Below are positions 19,501 through 27,741 of a stretch of DNA of 64,000 bases, one piece after another. The DNA comes from Deltaproteobacteria bacterium. GTDB taxonomy: Bacteria > Myxococcota_A > Polyangia > Polyangiales > Houyiibacteriaceae. A program made the position numbers and the translations under genes. The stretch's first letter is position 1. Each line of letters opens with the position of its first letter. Under the pieces are notes generated by a model, which ran no database searches, was not told the origin of the DNA, and saw nothing but the letters and a program-made list of their open reading frames with translations. Location of the stretch: NCBI GenBank assembly GCA_034670305.1, contig JAXMNT010000012.1, forward strand, positions 32,001 to 96,000, in the 5' to 3' direction.

Positions 19501-20010
19501 GGCTTCCACGAGGAAGGGATCGGGCTGAAGCGTCGACACGCCGTCGAAGGTCATCAGGCCGAACTTGATGCGCTCCTGGTAGCTGTCCAGGATGCCGTCG
19601 TCCGCCTGCCGAATGTCTCCCCGAAAGACGCCGCCGCCCGCGCGGGTCTGTCCGGGATGGAGGTAGTGATCGATGTAGTAGCGGTAGTCCGGCTCACCGG
19701 CGTAGCCCGCGCCCGCGCGGCTCTCCGCAAGGCAGTCCCAGGCCTCCCAGCTTCCGGTCAGCGCCTGAAGCACCGTGGCCCAGCGGTTCTGCTGACCGGC
19801 GCGACACACCGGCTCGCACTCGACGCACGTGGGCGTCGAACACACGCAGCTCCCGCGGCGCTGCATCGACCCGGAGGAGTCGACGAGCAGCATCACGACC
19901 GGCCGGATGTTTCGAACATCTGGGGCTTGAGCGCTTGCCGTGGTCCCACCGACGAGCGGTGCGGCCACGAGGGCGAGGGCGAATAGAGTCTGGCGAAGTG
20001 GACGGTACAT
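16531..20010 (-). CDS. pilY1: PilY1/PilC type IV pilus tip adhesin with N-terminal vWA domain
   Basis: Signal peptide from MYRPLRQ; MIDAS DSSGSM and LLTDG; LGDIYHSSPVVV, VYVGSNDGIMHAF, GEELWGFVPP, VDGTP..KDV, GLRGGG, ALDVTDP; last gene of the minor-pilin operon. Confidence 0.92.
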   Translation of the reverse strand: MYRPLRQTLFALALVAAPLVGGTTASAQAPDVRNIRPVVMLLVDSSGSMQRRGSCVCSTPTCVECEPVCRAGQQNRWATVLQALTGSWEAWDCLAESRAGAGYAGEPDYRYYIDHYLHPGQTRAGGGVFRGDIRQADDGILDSYQERIKFGLMTFDGVSTLQPDPFLVEASSWDADYRSRSESGQGGYSYGGARRFTFPGCLTDYMIDNGAQLEFSVGGTLVSVGDDVVSDALVINNRVQDTLLRARPFGPTPIAGMLSDFDYYLNTHPDVAQIAAAGGVGDPFASCRDRYAILLTDGYPNSDARGAPYNCDTPGSECPYDRSQDIARTLCDYDAGSGNCNGLIDGLYVVGFDVPDTQAIGELNSIAEAGGTCAVAGGNCAYLVDSDPRTDDTAALRRAFSDILDRAAPGTTTRTVPAFANAAPGASSQGQSQFNTGFQLPSLPSDPWRGVLERRRYECSADLNPEEQAVEDRDRFHVLLNTRPTPRNLLTVVPATRSNARGHLVGATGSSSLGGDASGRGGDGAGVGGDTCTRSGLGGTETDRNTGYRPTTSAPTPVERGLRMQQFSTSNALLDRAVLGVSTSAARTAVIDWVHGALRPDAKLGDIYHSSPVVVAAPSQDKPDESFNLFRRRPEVANRPKVVYVGSNDGIMHAFIAEDITITAGPYAGRSYTAGEELWGFVPPILLPKLAAAQVSHQWMVDGTPVVKDVYFRRRPGDSANGNDYHTVLMFGLRGGGSAYLALDVTDPIDPQFLWQMSHDQMGESYGVPGVGQVLAEDDAGNLQEIALALLPGGAGEDMSSVTCGGVAVARPDGTYTEPNGCLSRGKGMAPITDGTTTARDRLRCWSSEGRRLYFLDIATGEVISQLDDRAFNAPLTGGISMFTGDVGTIATRAFTTDEDGVMWRIDLSSSRPDEWDANPFHDMYWNGTATVGQPGHFPPVVSTDSQGQVVVLQATGNVDALDQLRQNRVVSMSEDLEYNASGGIQTVDATLNWEIPLELGEQVTGPLELFNAKAYFATFRSTSDPLNACSYGDSRIWGVEYIDSESGTTLPEGGLEIPADSGTYVRATSPLDNQIVLGVAVTQRPSCSQLNEVSETDPYVGSRRFMRVQDSNVGDYQLVAQVSGGGTAASGASIAEFSRNLPAPIAYTQVQGWAGNID

Positions 20011-20036
20011 CGTTCGTTTCCTGGGGAACTGACTGA

Positions 20037-20681
20037 CTAGAGCGAATACGGACCAGAGAGACCGCGGGCACGGGCATCGCTGGCCCCCTCGTAAAAGGGG
20101 CGGGTGTCGGCGACGGTGGTGGTGTCGCTGGGGAGCTGCAATCGGCCGCGGGATGTGTAGGTGGCGCCGATGAACTGAAGACGGCCGTAGCCATCGGAAC
20201 GGTAGCCGGCGAGCACGCCGGGGTAGGTGTGGTCGTCGTAGATGTCGACGAGGACCTGGGGCTGGTAGATCTGGCGGGAGCCCACCGCGGACTCCTGGTC
20301 GACCACCTGGACGGGGCCGATGTTGAAGTCGGTCGCGTAGAGACGGTAGGCGTGCCGGTCGATCGCGACGTTCCGCTCGAGCGGCTCCATGTCGAGACGC
20401 TGGCTCGCGTTCTCCGAAGACTGAAGCGCTTCTTCGAGCGCCTTCGGTCCACGGAAATCCACCCACGCCATCGCCGCGACCAGGCCGCTCTCGCCAACCT
20501 TCTGGGACTGCATCTGCATGCGGTAGTAGCCGGCGGCGCGGATCTCGGTGGTCGTGGAACGGACCGCGAAGACCGCGAGCGCGGTGGTCGTGAGAATGAC
20601 GAGCATCACGATGAGAAGGACGGCGCCTTCTTCGCGTTTGGATCCATGGAGTCGGAGAGCGTTCGTGTTCATGGGGGTCAT
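20037..20681 (-). CDS. pilX: PilX-like minor pilin
   Basis: REEG/AVLLIVMLVILT prepilin-like N-terminus without Glu5, typical of PilX; position between pilW and pilY1; ATGA overlap. Confidence 0.85.
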   Translation of the reverse strand: MTPMNTNALRLHGSKREEGAVLLIVMLVILTTTALAVFAVRSTTTEIRAAGYYRMQMQSQKVGESGLVAAMAWVDFRGPKALEEALQSSENASQRLDMEPLERNVAIDRHAYRLYATDFNIGPVQVVDQESAVGSRQIYQPQVLVDIYDDHTYPGVLAGYRSDGYGRLQFIGATYTSRGRLQLPSDTTTVADTRPFYEGASDARARGLSGPYSL

Positions 20682-21862
20682 GGGCGGAGGTTCCTTCCCG
20701 CAAAGTTGGGGAGCAGGACCTCCGCGCTGGCGGTCCGCACACGGGCGGCACCAGCGACGGCGGGGTTCACTTGGTAACGGGTGAGCGGCAGGCCAGCGAC
20801 CGGGGCCACGAACGGGAACCGGATGTCCTGGTTGGCCGTGCGGGCCGAGACGGTGACCGCCACGGTGCGCACGTGGTGCGGCCGGATGGCGATCTCGTCC
20901 TGCGCCGGACGGCCGGTGCGGAAGTTGAAGTTGACGGGGTCGCCGTCGTTGATCGCGTCGTCGAACACGAACCCGTAGTCGACGTTGGCGACGTACTCGA
21001 GCACCACGCGGGTCGTGCCCGCGATCGGGTTGTCGTTGTTGAAGTTGAGCTCTCGTCGGACCAGCACCGAGGGCACTCGGCCAGTCGCGAGTTCGACCGC
21101 GGCCGGGCTCGCAGAACGGATGGCGACGAGCTCCGGATCGACGCGCGGATCGACGACCGCGTACTCGATGCGCGACATCGGCGCGACGAGCGCGCCGCCG
21201 CCGAGGCCAGCGAGGCACGCACCACCCACCGCCACACCGGGCGTGAAGTCGACCGCGCCGTTGGTCGGGTCGCTGCCCGTGATGGTGACGAAGAAATGGT
21301 TCCCCTGCTGGGTCGTGATGTGAAGCATGCGACCCGGGGTGAAGACCTCGCGGAACGCATCCGCCGAGAAGTCCACGCCGACCACGCCGAAGTCGCGGCG
21401 AAAGGCCTGCCACTCGCGCTGCATGAAGAGGCGGTTGCCGGTCGCGGCAAACGTCCGGACGAAGTAGGCGTCGCTCGACGCGTAGTTGCCGGAGAGGCGA
21501 AGCCGGTCGGCGTTGACCTGGTTCACGGCCGCGTTCGGCAGCACCGCGTTGTCCATCGCGTCGATGAACTCGATGCCCTGCACTTCTTGAGGCGGCGTGA
21601 AGCAGCGTCGCTCCGCGCGGCTGTTCGGGGTGCCGAAGAAGCCGGCCCGCGAGATGTCCCGTCGCAGCATGCCCATCGCCATGCGGACGCTCATCTGCGT
21701 CTGCGCGATGCGCTGCTGATCCTGGAAGTGCCGGGAGGAGGAGCTGCCGAGGTAGTAGATGCCGGTGATCGCGAGGAATCCCGCGGTCAACGCCACCATC
21801 ATCTCCAGCAGGGTGAACCCGGCCCTGGACCGACTGTGTGCGCGCTGGTCGTGTGTGTTCAC
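20678..21862 (-). CDS. pilW: PilW-like minor pilin
   Basis: RAG/FTLLEMMVAL cleavage site, LRRDISRAGF motif; GTGA overlap with pilV. Confidence 0.85.
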   Translation of the reverse strand: MNTHDQRAHSRSRAGFTLLEMMVALTAGFLAITGIYYLGSSSSRHFQDQQRIAQTQMSVRMAMGMLRRDISRAGFFGTPNSRAERRCFTPPQEVQGIEFIDAMDNAVLPNAAVNQVNADRLRLSGNYASSDAYFVRTFAATGNRLFMQREWQAFRRDFGVVGVDFSADAFREVFTPGRMLHITTQQGNHFFVTITGSDPTNGAVDFTPGVAVGGACLAGLGGGALVAPMSRIEYAVVDPRVDPELVAIRSASPAAVELATGRVPSVLVRRELNFNNDNPIAGTTRVVLEYVANVDYGFVFDDAINDGDPVNFNFRTGRPAQDEIAIRPHHVRTVAVTVSARTANQDIRFPFVAPVAGLPLTRYQVNPAVAGAARVRTASAEVLLPNFAGRNLRP

Positions 21863-22440
21863 AGCGGGCTCCAGCGGATGAGGGTGGAGGCGTGCACGGT
21901 GCGCAGATCCGGACCGGTGATGGCCGCGGTGACGTCGGCTTCGGTGCCCACCCCGCAGTTGGCGATGAGGGCGCGGCTGTTGCCTTCGCGCTTGTGGTAG
22001 TAGGTCCGCACGTCGGCCCGGATGACCTCGCCGACGATCGCCCAAGAGAGCCGGGTGTGGGTGCAGTAGACGCGCGGCCGAACGGCGCCGTCGGTGTCGA
22101 AGCCCTGCCAGTCCGCGCCCGGTTGTTCTGCTGCAACGGCGACCGGCGGGGTGCGCCACGTGGAGTCGATGTTCTGGAGGTACAGGGTGTTGATCCGGTT
22201 GGCCGGCGTGGCGCCCTGGGTGTTCCAGCGGAGCGCGTCGCGCTGCATGCGCTCGAGCCACACATGGGAGCGTTCGGTCGCGACCGAGAGCTGCCGGGCT
22301 TCTTTGTTGCCGCGGGTGGTCGCGCCGTGAAGCGAGAAGATGCCGAGCGCGCCGACCGAGATGACGATCAGCGAGATCATGACCTCGATGAGCGTGAACC
22401 CCTGCGTGCGCTGGCGGGTGCTGAGGCGTGCGCGGGTCAT
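21859..22440 (-). CDS. pilV: PilV-like minor pilin
   Basis: QG/FTLIEVMISLIVISVGALGI; ATGA overlap with fimU. Confidence 0.85.
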   Translation of the reverse strand: MTRARLSTRQRTQGFTLIEVMISLIVISVGALGIFSLHGATTRGNKEARQLSVATERSHVWLERMQRDALRWNTQGATPANRINTLYLQNIDSTWRTPPVAVAAEQPGADWQGFDTDGAVRPRVYCTHTRLSWAIVGEVIRADVRTYYHKREGNSRALIANCGVGTEADVTAAITGPDLRTVHASTLIRWSPL

Positions 22441-23084
22441 CGGAGCAACCTCGCGTCGCCGCCGAGCGGGATGACCACGCGGCGGATGACCCCTTCGGTG
22501 CCTCCGTCGCGCAAGACTTCGAAGACCACGCCGCCCTGCAGGTTGCCTTCCGGCCCCGCGAGGTTGCGGTCCGAGAAGCGAGGCAAGCCCGAGCGCCAGA
22601 GCACCCGGCCGGAGGGTTCGAAGCAGAGGTCGACGTCCGAGCCCGCCCGCGCCTGCCAACGGGCCGTCACGACGTTGCCGCTCGAGGAGCTGTCCGCCAT
22701 GCGCAACTGGGCGCGACAGGTCGCCGTCACGCAGCCACCGCCCGAGATCGCGGCCCAGTTCACCGCGTTGCAGCGGTTGTTGGTGCCGCGGTGCAGGGTG
22801 AACTCCTGGGCGCCGTCGTCCCACGAGAACATGTGGGCTCGGCCGTAGCCGACCGCTTCGCTTCGGCCGCGCCGAGCGATGCTGACGATGTCGAGGGCGG
22901 TTTCGTTGGTTTTCCGTTCCGCCAGCGAATCCGCGATGGAAGGCGCTGCCAGCCCAGCCACGATGCCGACGAGCGCCACCACCACCATGAGCTCGATGAG
23001 GGTGAAGGCCGCAACCCGACGAATCCGGTTCGAAACGCAGTCGTTCGGGCGGGGGGTCGCAGGTGTTTGGGGAAAATGGGCCAT
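22437..23084 (-). CDS. fimU: FimU/FimT-like minor pilin
   Basis: AA/FTLIELMVVVALVGIVAGLAAPS..ARRGRSEAV; first gene of the operon. Confidence 0.8.
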   Translation of the reverse strand: MAHFPQTPATPRPNDCVSNRIRRVAAFTLIELMVVVALVGIVAGLAAPSIADSLAERKTNETALDIVSIARRGRSEAVGYGRAHMFSWDDGAQEFTLHRGTNNRCNAVNWAAISGGGCVTATCRAQLRMADSSSSGNVVTARWQARAGSDVDLCFEPSGRVLWRSGLPRFSDRNLAGPEGNLQGGVVFEVLRDGGTEGVIRRVVIPLGGDARLLR

Positions 23085-23100
23085 GGGCCGGGTCTGCTGA

Positions 23101-23117
23101 TGCAATGCATGTGCCCC
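23101..23117 (-). promoter_or_regulatory. Sigma-54 (-24/-12) promoter of the minor-pilin operon
   Basis: Minus strand GGGGCAC-ATGCA-TTGCA with exact GG-N10-GC spacing, directly upstream of fimU. Confidence 0.7.
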
Positions 23118-23278
23118 GGTGGTCTGTGGCCCCAAGTATCTGGGATCATTGATCATATGGATCTCACTGTGGGTGGCTGGGCCCGCACCGAATGCACCGG
23201 TGCGAAAACTTTTCCCAGCTGGCTCCGATCCTATGCAAGTGCGCGAAATCCCGCGAGTTCTGATCTTTCTTCCGGGCG

Positions 23279-24076
23279 TCACACCAAGCGGGCGGAGCCT
23301 GCATACAGGTTGGCGCGGCCGCTCCGGGCGAAGCCGAGCAGCACGAGACCGGTCTTGGTAGCCAGGTCGATGGCGAGCGAACTCGGGCCCGAGACCGCCA
23401 CCACCGCGTCGAGCCCCGCGACCACGGCCTTCTGGACGATCTCGAAGCCAGCCCGCGCGCTGACCACCAGGATCGACGCGCTGGCCAGGTGGCCGTCCAG
23501 CAGCGCACGGCCGATCGCCTTGTCGACCGCGTTGTGCCGACCGACGTCCTCAGCGCCGGCGATGGGCTGGCCGTTGGCGTCGAGCAGGACCGCGGCGTGG
23601 ATGGCGCCGGTGCGGGGGAAACTCTTCTGCCAGGCCTGCAGATGATCGGGCGCGGCGAGCAGGTGCGTCTTCGAGACCGGCCCTTCGCCGACCCGGGATC
23701 GCAGGAGAAGATCGTCGATCTGGGCCCGGCCGCAGACCCCGCAGGCGGAGTTCATCACGGTCCGGCGCGTCTCGGGTGCGAAGACGTGGCCCGGTCCCGG
23801 CCGCACGTCGAGGGTGTCGCCCCGGTCGGGATCTTCGGGGTCGGGCGGACAGCGGACGATCGCGCTCACGTCGGCCGCCGACGCGATCAACCCTTCCGCG
23901 AGCAGCAGGCCAGCGACCAATGCTTCGTCTTCGCCGGGGGTGCGCATGGTCGTGAGCCAAGGCTCGGACGCGAGGGTGATCGCGAGCGGCTCCTCGACCA
24001 CGACTTCGTCCAGGGTGGGTTCGGAGCACCCGTCGGCCGTGAGCCGATGGATGGTGCGGTTGGCGATGCCACGCAT
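23279..24076 (-). CDS. fdhD: Formate dehydrogenase accessory sulfurtransferase FdhD
   Basis: VEEPL, TMRTPG, SACGVCG, TGAIHAA, EDVGRHNAVDK, AVSGPSSLA. Confidence 0.95.
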   Translation of the reverse strand: MRGIANRTIHRLTADGCSEPTLDEVVVEEPLAITLASEPWLTTMRTPGEDEALVAGLLLAEGLIASAADVSAIVRCPPDPEDPDRGDTLDVRPGPGHVFAPETRRTVMNSACGVCGRAQIDDLLLRSRVGEGPVSKTHLLAAPDHLQAWQKSFPRTGAIHAAVLLDANGQPIAGAEDVGRHNAVDKAIGRALLDGHLASASILVVSARAGFEIVQKAVVAGLDAVVAVSGPSSLAIDLATKTGLVLLGFARSGRANLYAGSARLV

Positions 24077-24261
24077 GCGTGGGCGGAGTATACGCGCGCG
24101 GAAGGCTCTGGGCCGGCGCAGGGGAATGGGCGGGAAGGAAGATTCCTGTCCTGATCGCGGAACTTGGAAGGCGTGGGCTTGTCGAACCCGGCCTCGGTTC
24201 GACACCATGAAGGTGCCGATCTCGGCGACCCCCCCCCATGAACGACGAAGTCACTGCCAAA

Positions 24262-24668
24262 GAAGACGCGGACGCGGACGCGGGAGCGGACGCGGTGGTG
24301 GAAGCGGGAGCGGAAGCGGTGGTGGGAGCGGGAGCGGTGGTGGTAGCGGAAGCGGACGCGGTAGCGGTGGCGGAAACGGACCCGGTAGCGGGAGCGGAAG
24401 CGGAAGCGGAAGCGGTAGCGGTAGCGGAAGCGGAAGCCGACTCCGAAGCCGACTCCGAAGCCGAAGCAGAAGCCGATGCCGAAGCAGAAGCCGACTCCGA
24501 AGCCGTAGCCGACTCCGACTCCGAAGCCGATGCCGACTCCGACTCCGACTCCGAAGCCGATGCCGACTCCGATGCCGACTCCGATGCCGACTCCGACTCC
24601 GACTCCGACTCCAAAGCAGAAGCCGGAACCACACAGGGCAAGGGCAGGGGCAAGGGCAGGGGCAAGGG
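24262..24668. repeat. Hexamer-based low-complexity tract (GCGGAA-type, then GACTCC/GAAGCC, then GGCAAG/GGCAGG)
   Basis: Directly visible; open in several frames as dipeptide repeats. Confidence 0.9.
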
Positions 24669-24699
24669 ATTCCGTAGTCAGGGTGGGGAAGATCCCGAG

Positions 24700-26223
24700 A
24701 TGGACATCGAGTTGGTTGCTCGGCGTTTGGCTCGGGAGCGGCGGGGGGGGCTGATCCGGAGTGCGGTGTTCTTTGGCATGGGGATCGTGCTCTCGGTCCT
24801 CGCGTACTCGAACCAGCGGTACCTGCGGCGGGTGGTGCGTGGAGAGGTGACGCTGGGTGGGACGCCTTCGTACGAGCCGCGGCATGTGGTCTCGCCGGAA
24901 GTGCACTCGACGATCGACTGGCGCAGCGTGCACGGGCGTCTCTTTCCCGCGTGGGTGGTCGCGCATGGACGGCGCGGTGGGCCCGCGGACGAGCGACGGC
25001 TCGCGGCGCACCGCGCGTTCACCGAGTTGCACTACGGCGTCGCCGCGGATCCGAACCTCGCGTCGCTCTTGCGCGAGATCGAATCGGGCATGCGCAGCGA
25101 CGCGATGGATCACGCCGAGCGCGTCGACTACCTGCTCTGGGCCTACAACGATTACCTCGACCGCAGCGAGATCCCGTGGCGCGTCGAAGCCAACCTGCAC
25201 ATCCCGCGGCGCGGCGATCCCACCCTGCTCGTCCGCAGCTACGAAGTCTTGCGCGACCTGCGCATGACCAGCGGCGAACGCCTGCGCCTCTTGCGCCGCG
25301 CCGACCTGACCAACATCGACGAAGGCTTCCTCGGCCACACCACCGGCCGCGATGAAGGCGCGCTCGTCATGCTCGACCAAGTGCTCGAGTTCAGCGTGCG
25401 CCACGTCTGGCCGATGTTGCACGGCGGCCTCGACGCCCGACTTCCCGACGCCGAACGCAACCTCTCCGCCTATGTGCGCGCGGAAGCCCTCGGCGCGCTC
25501 CAGGGACCGACGTACATGCTGCTCAACGAGACCGCGGTGGACCAACAAGCGCTCATCGAAGTCGCCGCCTCGATCGAAGCCCGCGACCAGTGCGGCAACC
25601 ACTTCCGCATCTACGGCCTGCCGTGGAACGGACTCGAGCCGCCCGACCAACGCGCGCTCGTCGACGCGCTCGAACGAAGCCGCGGCCACGAATGCCCCGA
25701 GGTCACGCTCGGCGAAGCCGCCCGTCTGCTCGGTGCCTCCGAACGCCTCGGAGAAACCCGCGCCCTCGCCTCCGCCGTCGAAGAGCTCACCACCTGGGTC
25801 AGCCGCACCGTCTCCGTACACGAGCTCCGCCACGCCGCCGACGGCCGCGACGTCGCCTGCCCCGGCTGCCCCGCCGGCGTCCCGCGCAGCGCCCGCATGG
25901 AACTCTCCGCCTACCTCGAGAGCTTCGCCACGCCCGGCATCGGCTACGCCGCGCTCCTCCAAGCCTGCTCCATGGAGACCGGCCCGCCCGGCGCCGTCGA
26001 CGACGAAGACATCGAAGGCGCCACGATGGCCGTCTCGATCGCCCCCCACGCCCAAGCGTTGGCCTTGGCATTCGACGCGGTGTTGCCGAACGGCTGCATC
26101 GGAGAGATCCCCGACGACCTCTACGCACGCGCAGACGCCGCGCGGGTGGAGTTCTTCGGAGAGCGACCGGCCATGTCGGTACCCGACCCGTACCCAGGAC
26201 GGGTAGAGATCCTGGTCCGGTAG
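24700..26223 (+). CDS. Membrane-anchored hypothetical protein with HExxH motif
   Basis: N-terminal TM helix; VHELRH plus downstream ELSAYL glutamate. Start could be 24238 if the acidic repeat is translated. Confidence 0.75.
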   Translation: MDIELVARRLARERRGGLIRSAVFFGMGIVLSVLAYSNQRYLRRVVRGEVTLGGTPSYEPRHVVSPEVHSTIDWRSVHGRLFPAWVVAHGRRGGPADERRLAAHRAFTELHYGVAADPNLASLLREIESGMRSDAMDHAERVDYLLWAYNDYLDRSEIPWRVEANLHIPRRGDPTLLVRSYEVLRDLRMTSGERLRLLRRADLTNIDEGFLGHTTGRDEGALVMLDQVLEFSVRHVWPMLHGGLDARLPDAERNLSAYVRAEALGALQGPTYMLLNETAVDQQALIEVAASIEARDQCGNHFRIYGLPWNGLEPPDQRALVDALERSRGHECPEVTLGEAARLLGASERLGETRALASAVEELTTWVSRTVSVHELRHAADGRDVACPGCPAGVPRSARMELSAYLESFATPGIGYAALLQACSMETGPPGAVDDEDIEGATMAVSIAPHAQALALAFDAVLPNGCIGEIPDDLYARADAARVEFFGERPAMSVPDPYPGRVEILVR

Positions 26224-26242
26224 CCATCGTTGTCTCGCCCTC

Positions 26243-26752
26243 TCAGTAGACTACGCACGGGATGATCGCACCCTGTTCGATCGCCGTGTTCCAGCCCTTC
26301 TTTCCAAAGAAGAACCAGGCGAACGGACCGAGCAACGGCATCAACCCGAATCCCAACCCGACCGCAACGCCCGTCCTCCGCCGGCCGCGTACGCGGGTGT
26401 CCCCCCGAAGTCGCACGGCGGAACCCTCTCGCGTCTGCGCCGCGTGAACATCGACGGCAATGCCGCCCGCGCGACCAAAGCCGCGCGGATTCGCAACGCG
26501 TATTGTGGCGTCGACCGGAGCACCCCGATGCAGCACCACCTCGCCCGCCGAAGAGGTGACGTCGGTGGCCACTACGAAGCCGGCTGCGACGCCCGACTGA
26601 TCGCCCGAACGGATTCTCGAGGTGAGCTGTACCTGGACCATGGTTCCTGGCACCAACCGACTATCCGAGATGCCGTCCAAGGGAATGGTTCTGTGTTCAA
26701 ACCCACCCCCACCACAACCAACCAGAGCAACCCACAAGAAGAGGTTCTTCAC
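26243..26752 (-). CDS. Hypothetical lipoprotein
   Basis: MKNLFLWVALVGC lipobox; TATGCT box 6 nt before GTG; C-terminal hydrophobic segment. Confidence 0.7.
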   Translation of the reverse strand: MKNLFLWVALVGCGGGGFEHRTIPLDGISDSRLVPGTMVQVQLTSRIRSGDQSGVAAGFVVATDVTSSAGEVVLHRGAPVDATIRVANPRGFGRAGGIAVDVHAAQTREGSAVRLRGDTRVRGRRRTGVAVGLGFGLMPLLGPFAWFFFGKKGWNTAIEQGAIIPCVVY

Positions 26753-26900
26753 CGGACCAGCATACCTTGTGTTCGTGCCATGCGTTCTCCGATACAGACA
26801 GTGGTTGTCCAGAACCCACTGCCACCATCAAATCGCCTACTCCAGCAGTCGGCTCGAAGATCGTTGAAGTCTCTCGAGCTACGAGGCACTTGCGCGTTGG

Positions 26901-27509
26901 TTGGTGGGTGGTGAGGGTGCCGTCGTGTTCGTGCGCGTCTTTGTTGGCAGCCTGGTGGATCCTGCGCTTGGAGCACACGCGATCGTGAACCCGAGCAACC
27001 CCCATTGTGGACTCGGCTCGGGGGCCTCCGGTGCGATCGCCAGCGCGTGTGGTCCGGACTTCCAGCGCGAGGTCCGAGAAGCGTGGCAAGACGGGTTCGA
27101 CGAACCGCTCGGCGCCGACGACTGCGTGGTGAGCGGGGCCGGCACGCACCCGAGCCTCGACTGGGTGCTGCACGTCGCCGCGGTGGACTACACGGTGCGG
27201 GATCCCGAGACCGGAGGATCGTCCGGCCCGGCCCGAGTGTCGCAGTGCACCATGGCGGCACTCCGCGAAGCGGCGTGGCTGGCGCGGGACAACCGGGAAG
27301 ACATTCCGGGATTCGTGCTCGGCTTCCCGCTGCTCGGCGCGGGTCACGGGGGGCTCGGGGAAGTCGCCTCTGCCGCCGCCATGATGCACGCGATCTCGAC
27401 CTCAGAGCCGGCGCAGGAGCTGGCCTCCATTCGGATCGCGGTGCTCGAACCACGTCTGGAGCACGTCGTGCGGTACGCCGCCGACCGCTACGGCGTGCCC
27501 CGCGGGTAG
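26901..27509 (+). CDS. Macro-domain (ADP-ribose binding/processing) protein
   Basis: AIVNPSN...GSGASGAI, VLHVAAV, FPLLGAGHGG motifs; start uncertain (possibly 26931). Confidence 0.8.
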   Translation: MVGGEGAVVFVRVFVGSLVDPALGAHAIVNPSNPHCGLGSGASGAIASACGPDFQREVREAWQDGFDEPLGADDCVVSGAGTHPSLDWVLHVAAVDYTVRDPETGGSSGPARVSQCTMAALREAAWLARDNREDIPGFVLGFPLLGAGHGGLGEVASAAAMMHAISTSEPAQELASIRIAVLEPRLEHVVRYAADRYGVPRG

Positions 27510-27741
27510 TAGGCGACGAACGACGCAAGCCGCGGTCCACTGCGAAGTCGCGCCAGGTCGTGCGGATGCCGACTTCGAACACGGGAAGGACGATGCGGCC
27601 CGGCCCACGCGCAGGCTCCATCGCAGAGTCGCTGAGCACACGTCTCGCGCAACGGGGATGCACTCGATGTGCACTTCGGACTGTACACGCCGCCCCAACA
27701 CCGGCGTTTGAGCGGCGCATGGGTCTTGCAACGGCCGCGGT

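Noticed and set aside
19612-19626. RGD motif in PilY1 as an integrin ligand
   Set aside because: A single tripeptide is expected by chance in a long GC-rich protein; no host context.
16555-19986. 1143-aa plus-strand ORF
   Set aside because: Antisense shadow of pilY1 caused by high-GC codon bias.
20011-22824. Long upstream extensions fusing pilin ORFs in the track
   Set aside because: Prepilin signals and ATGA/GTGA overlaps define shorter separate genes.
27714-27730. Sigma-54 promoter before the metzincin gene
   Set aside because: TTGCA is present but GG is not at the required N10 spacing.
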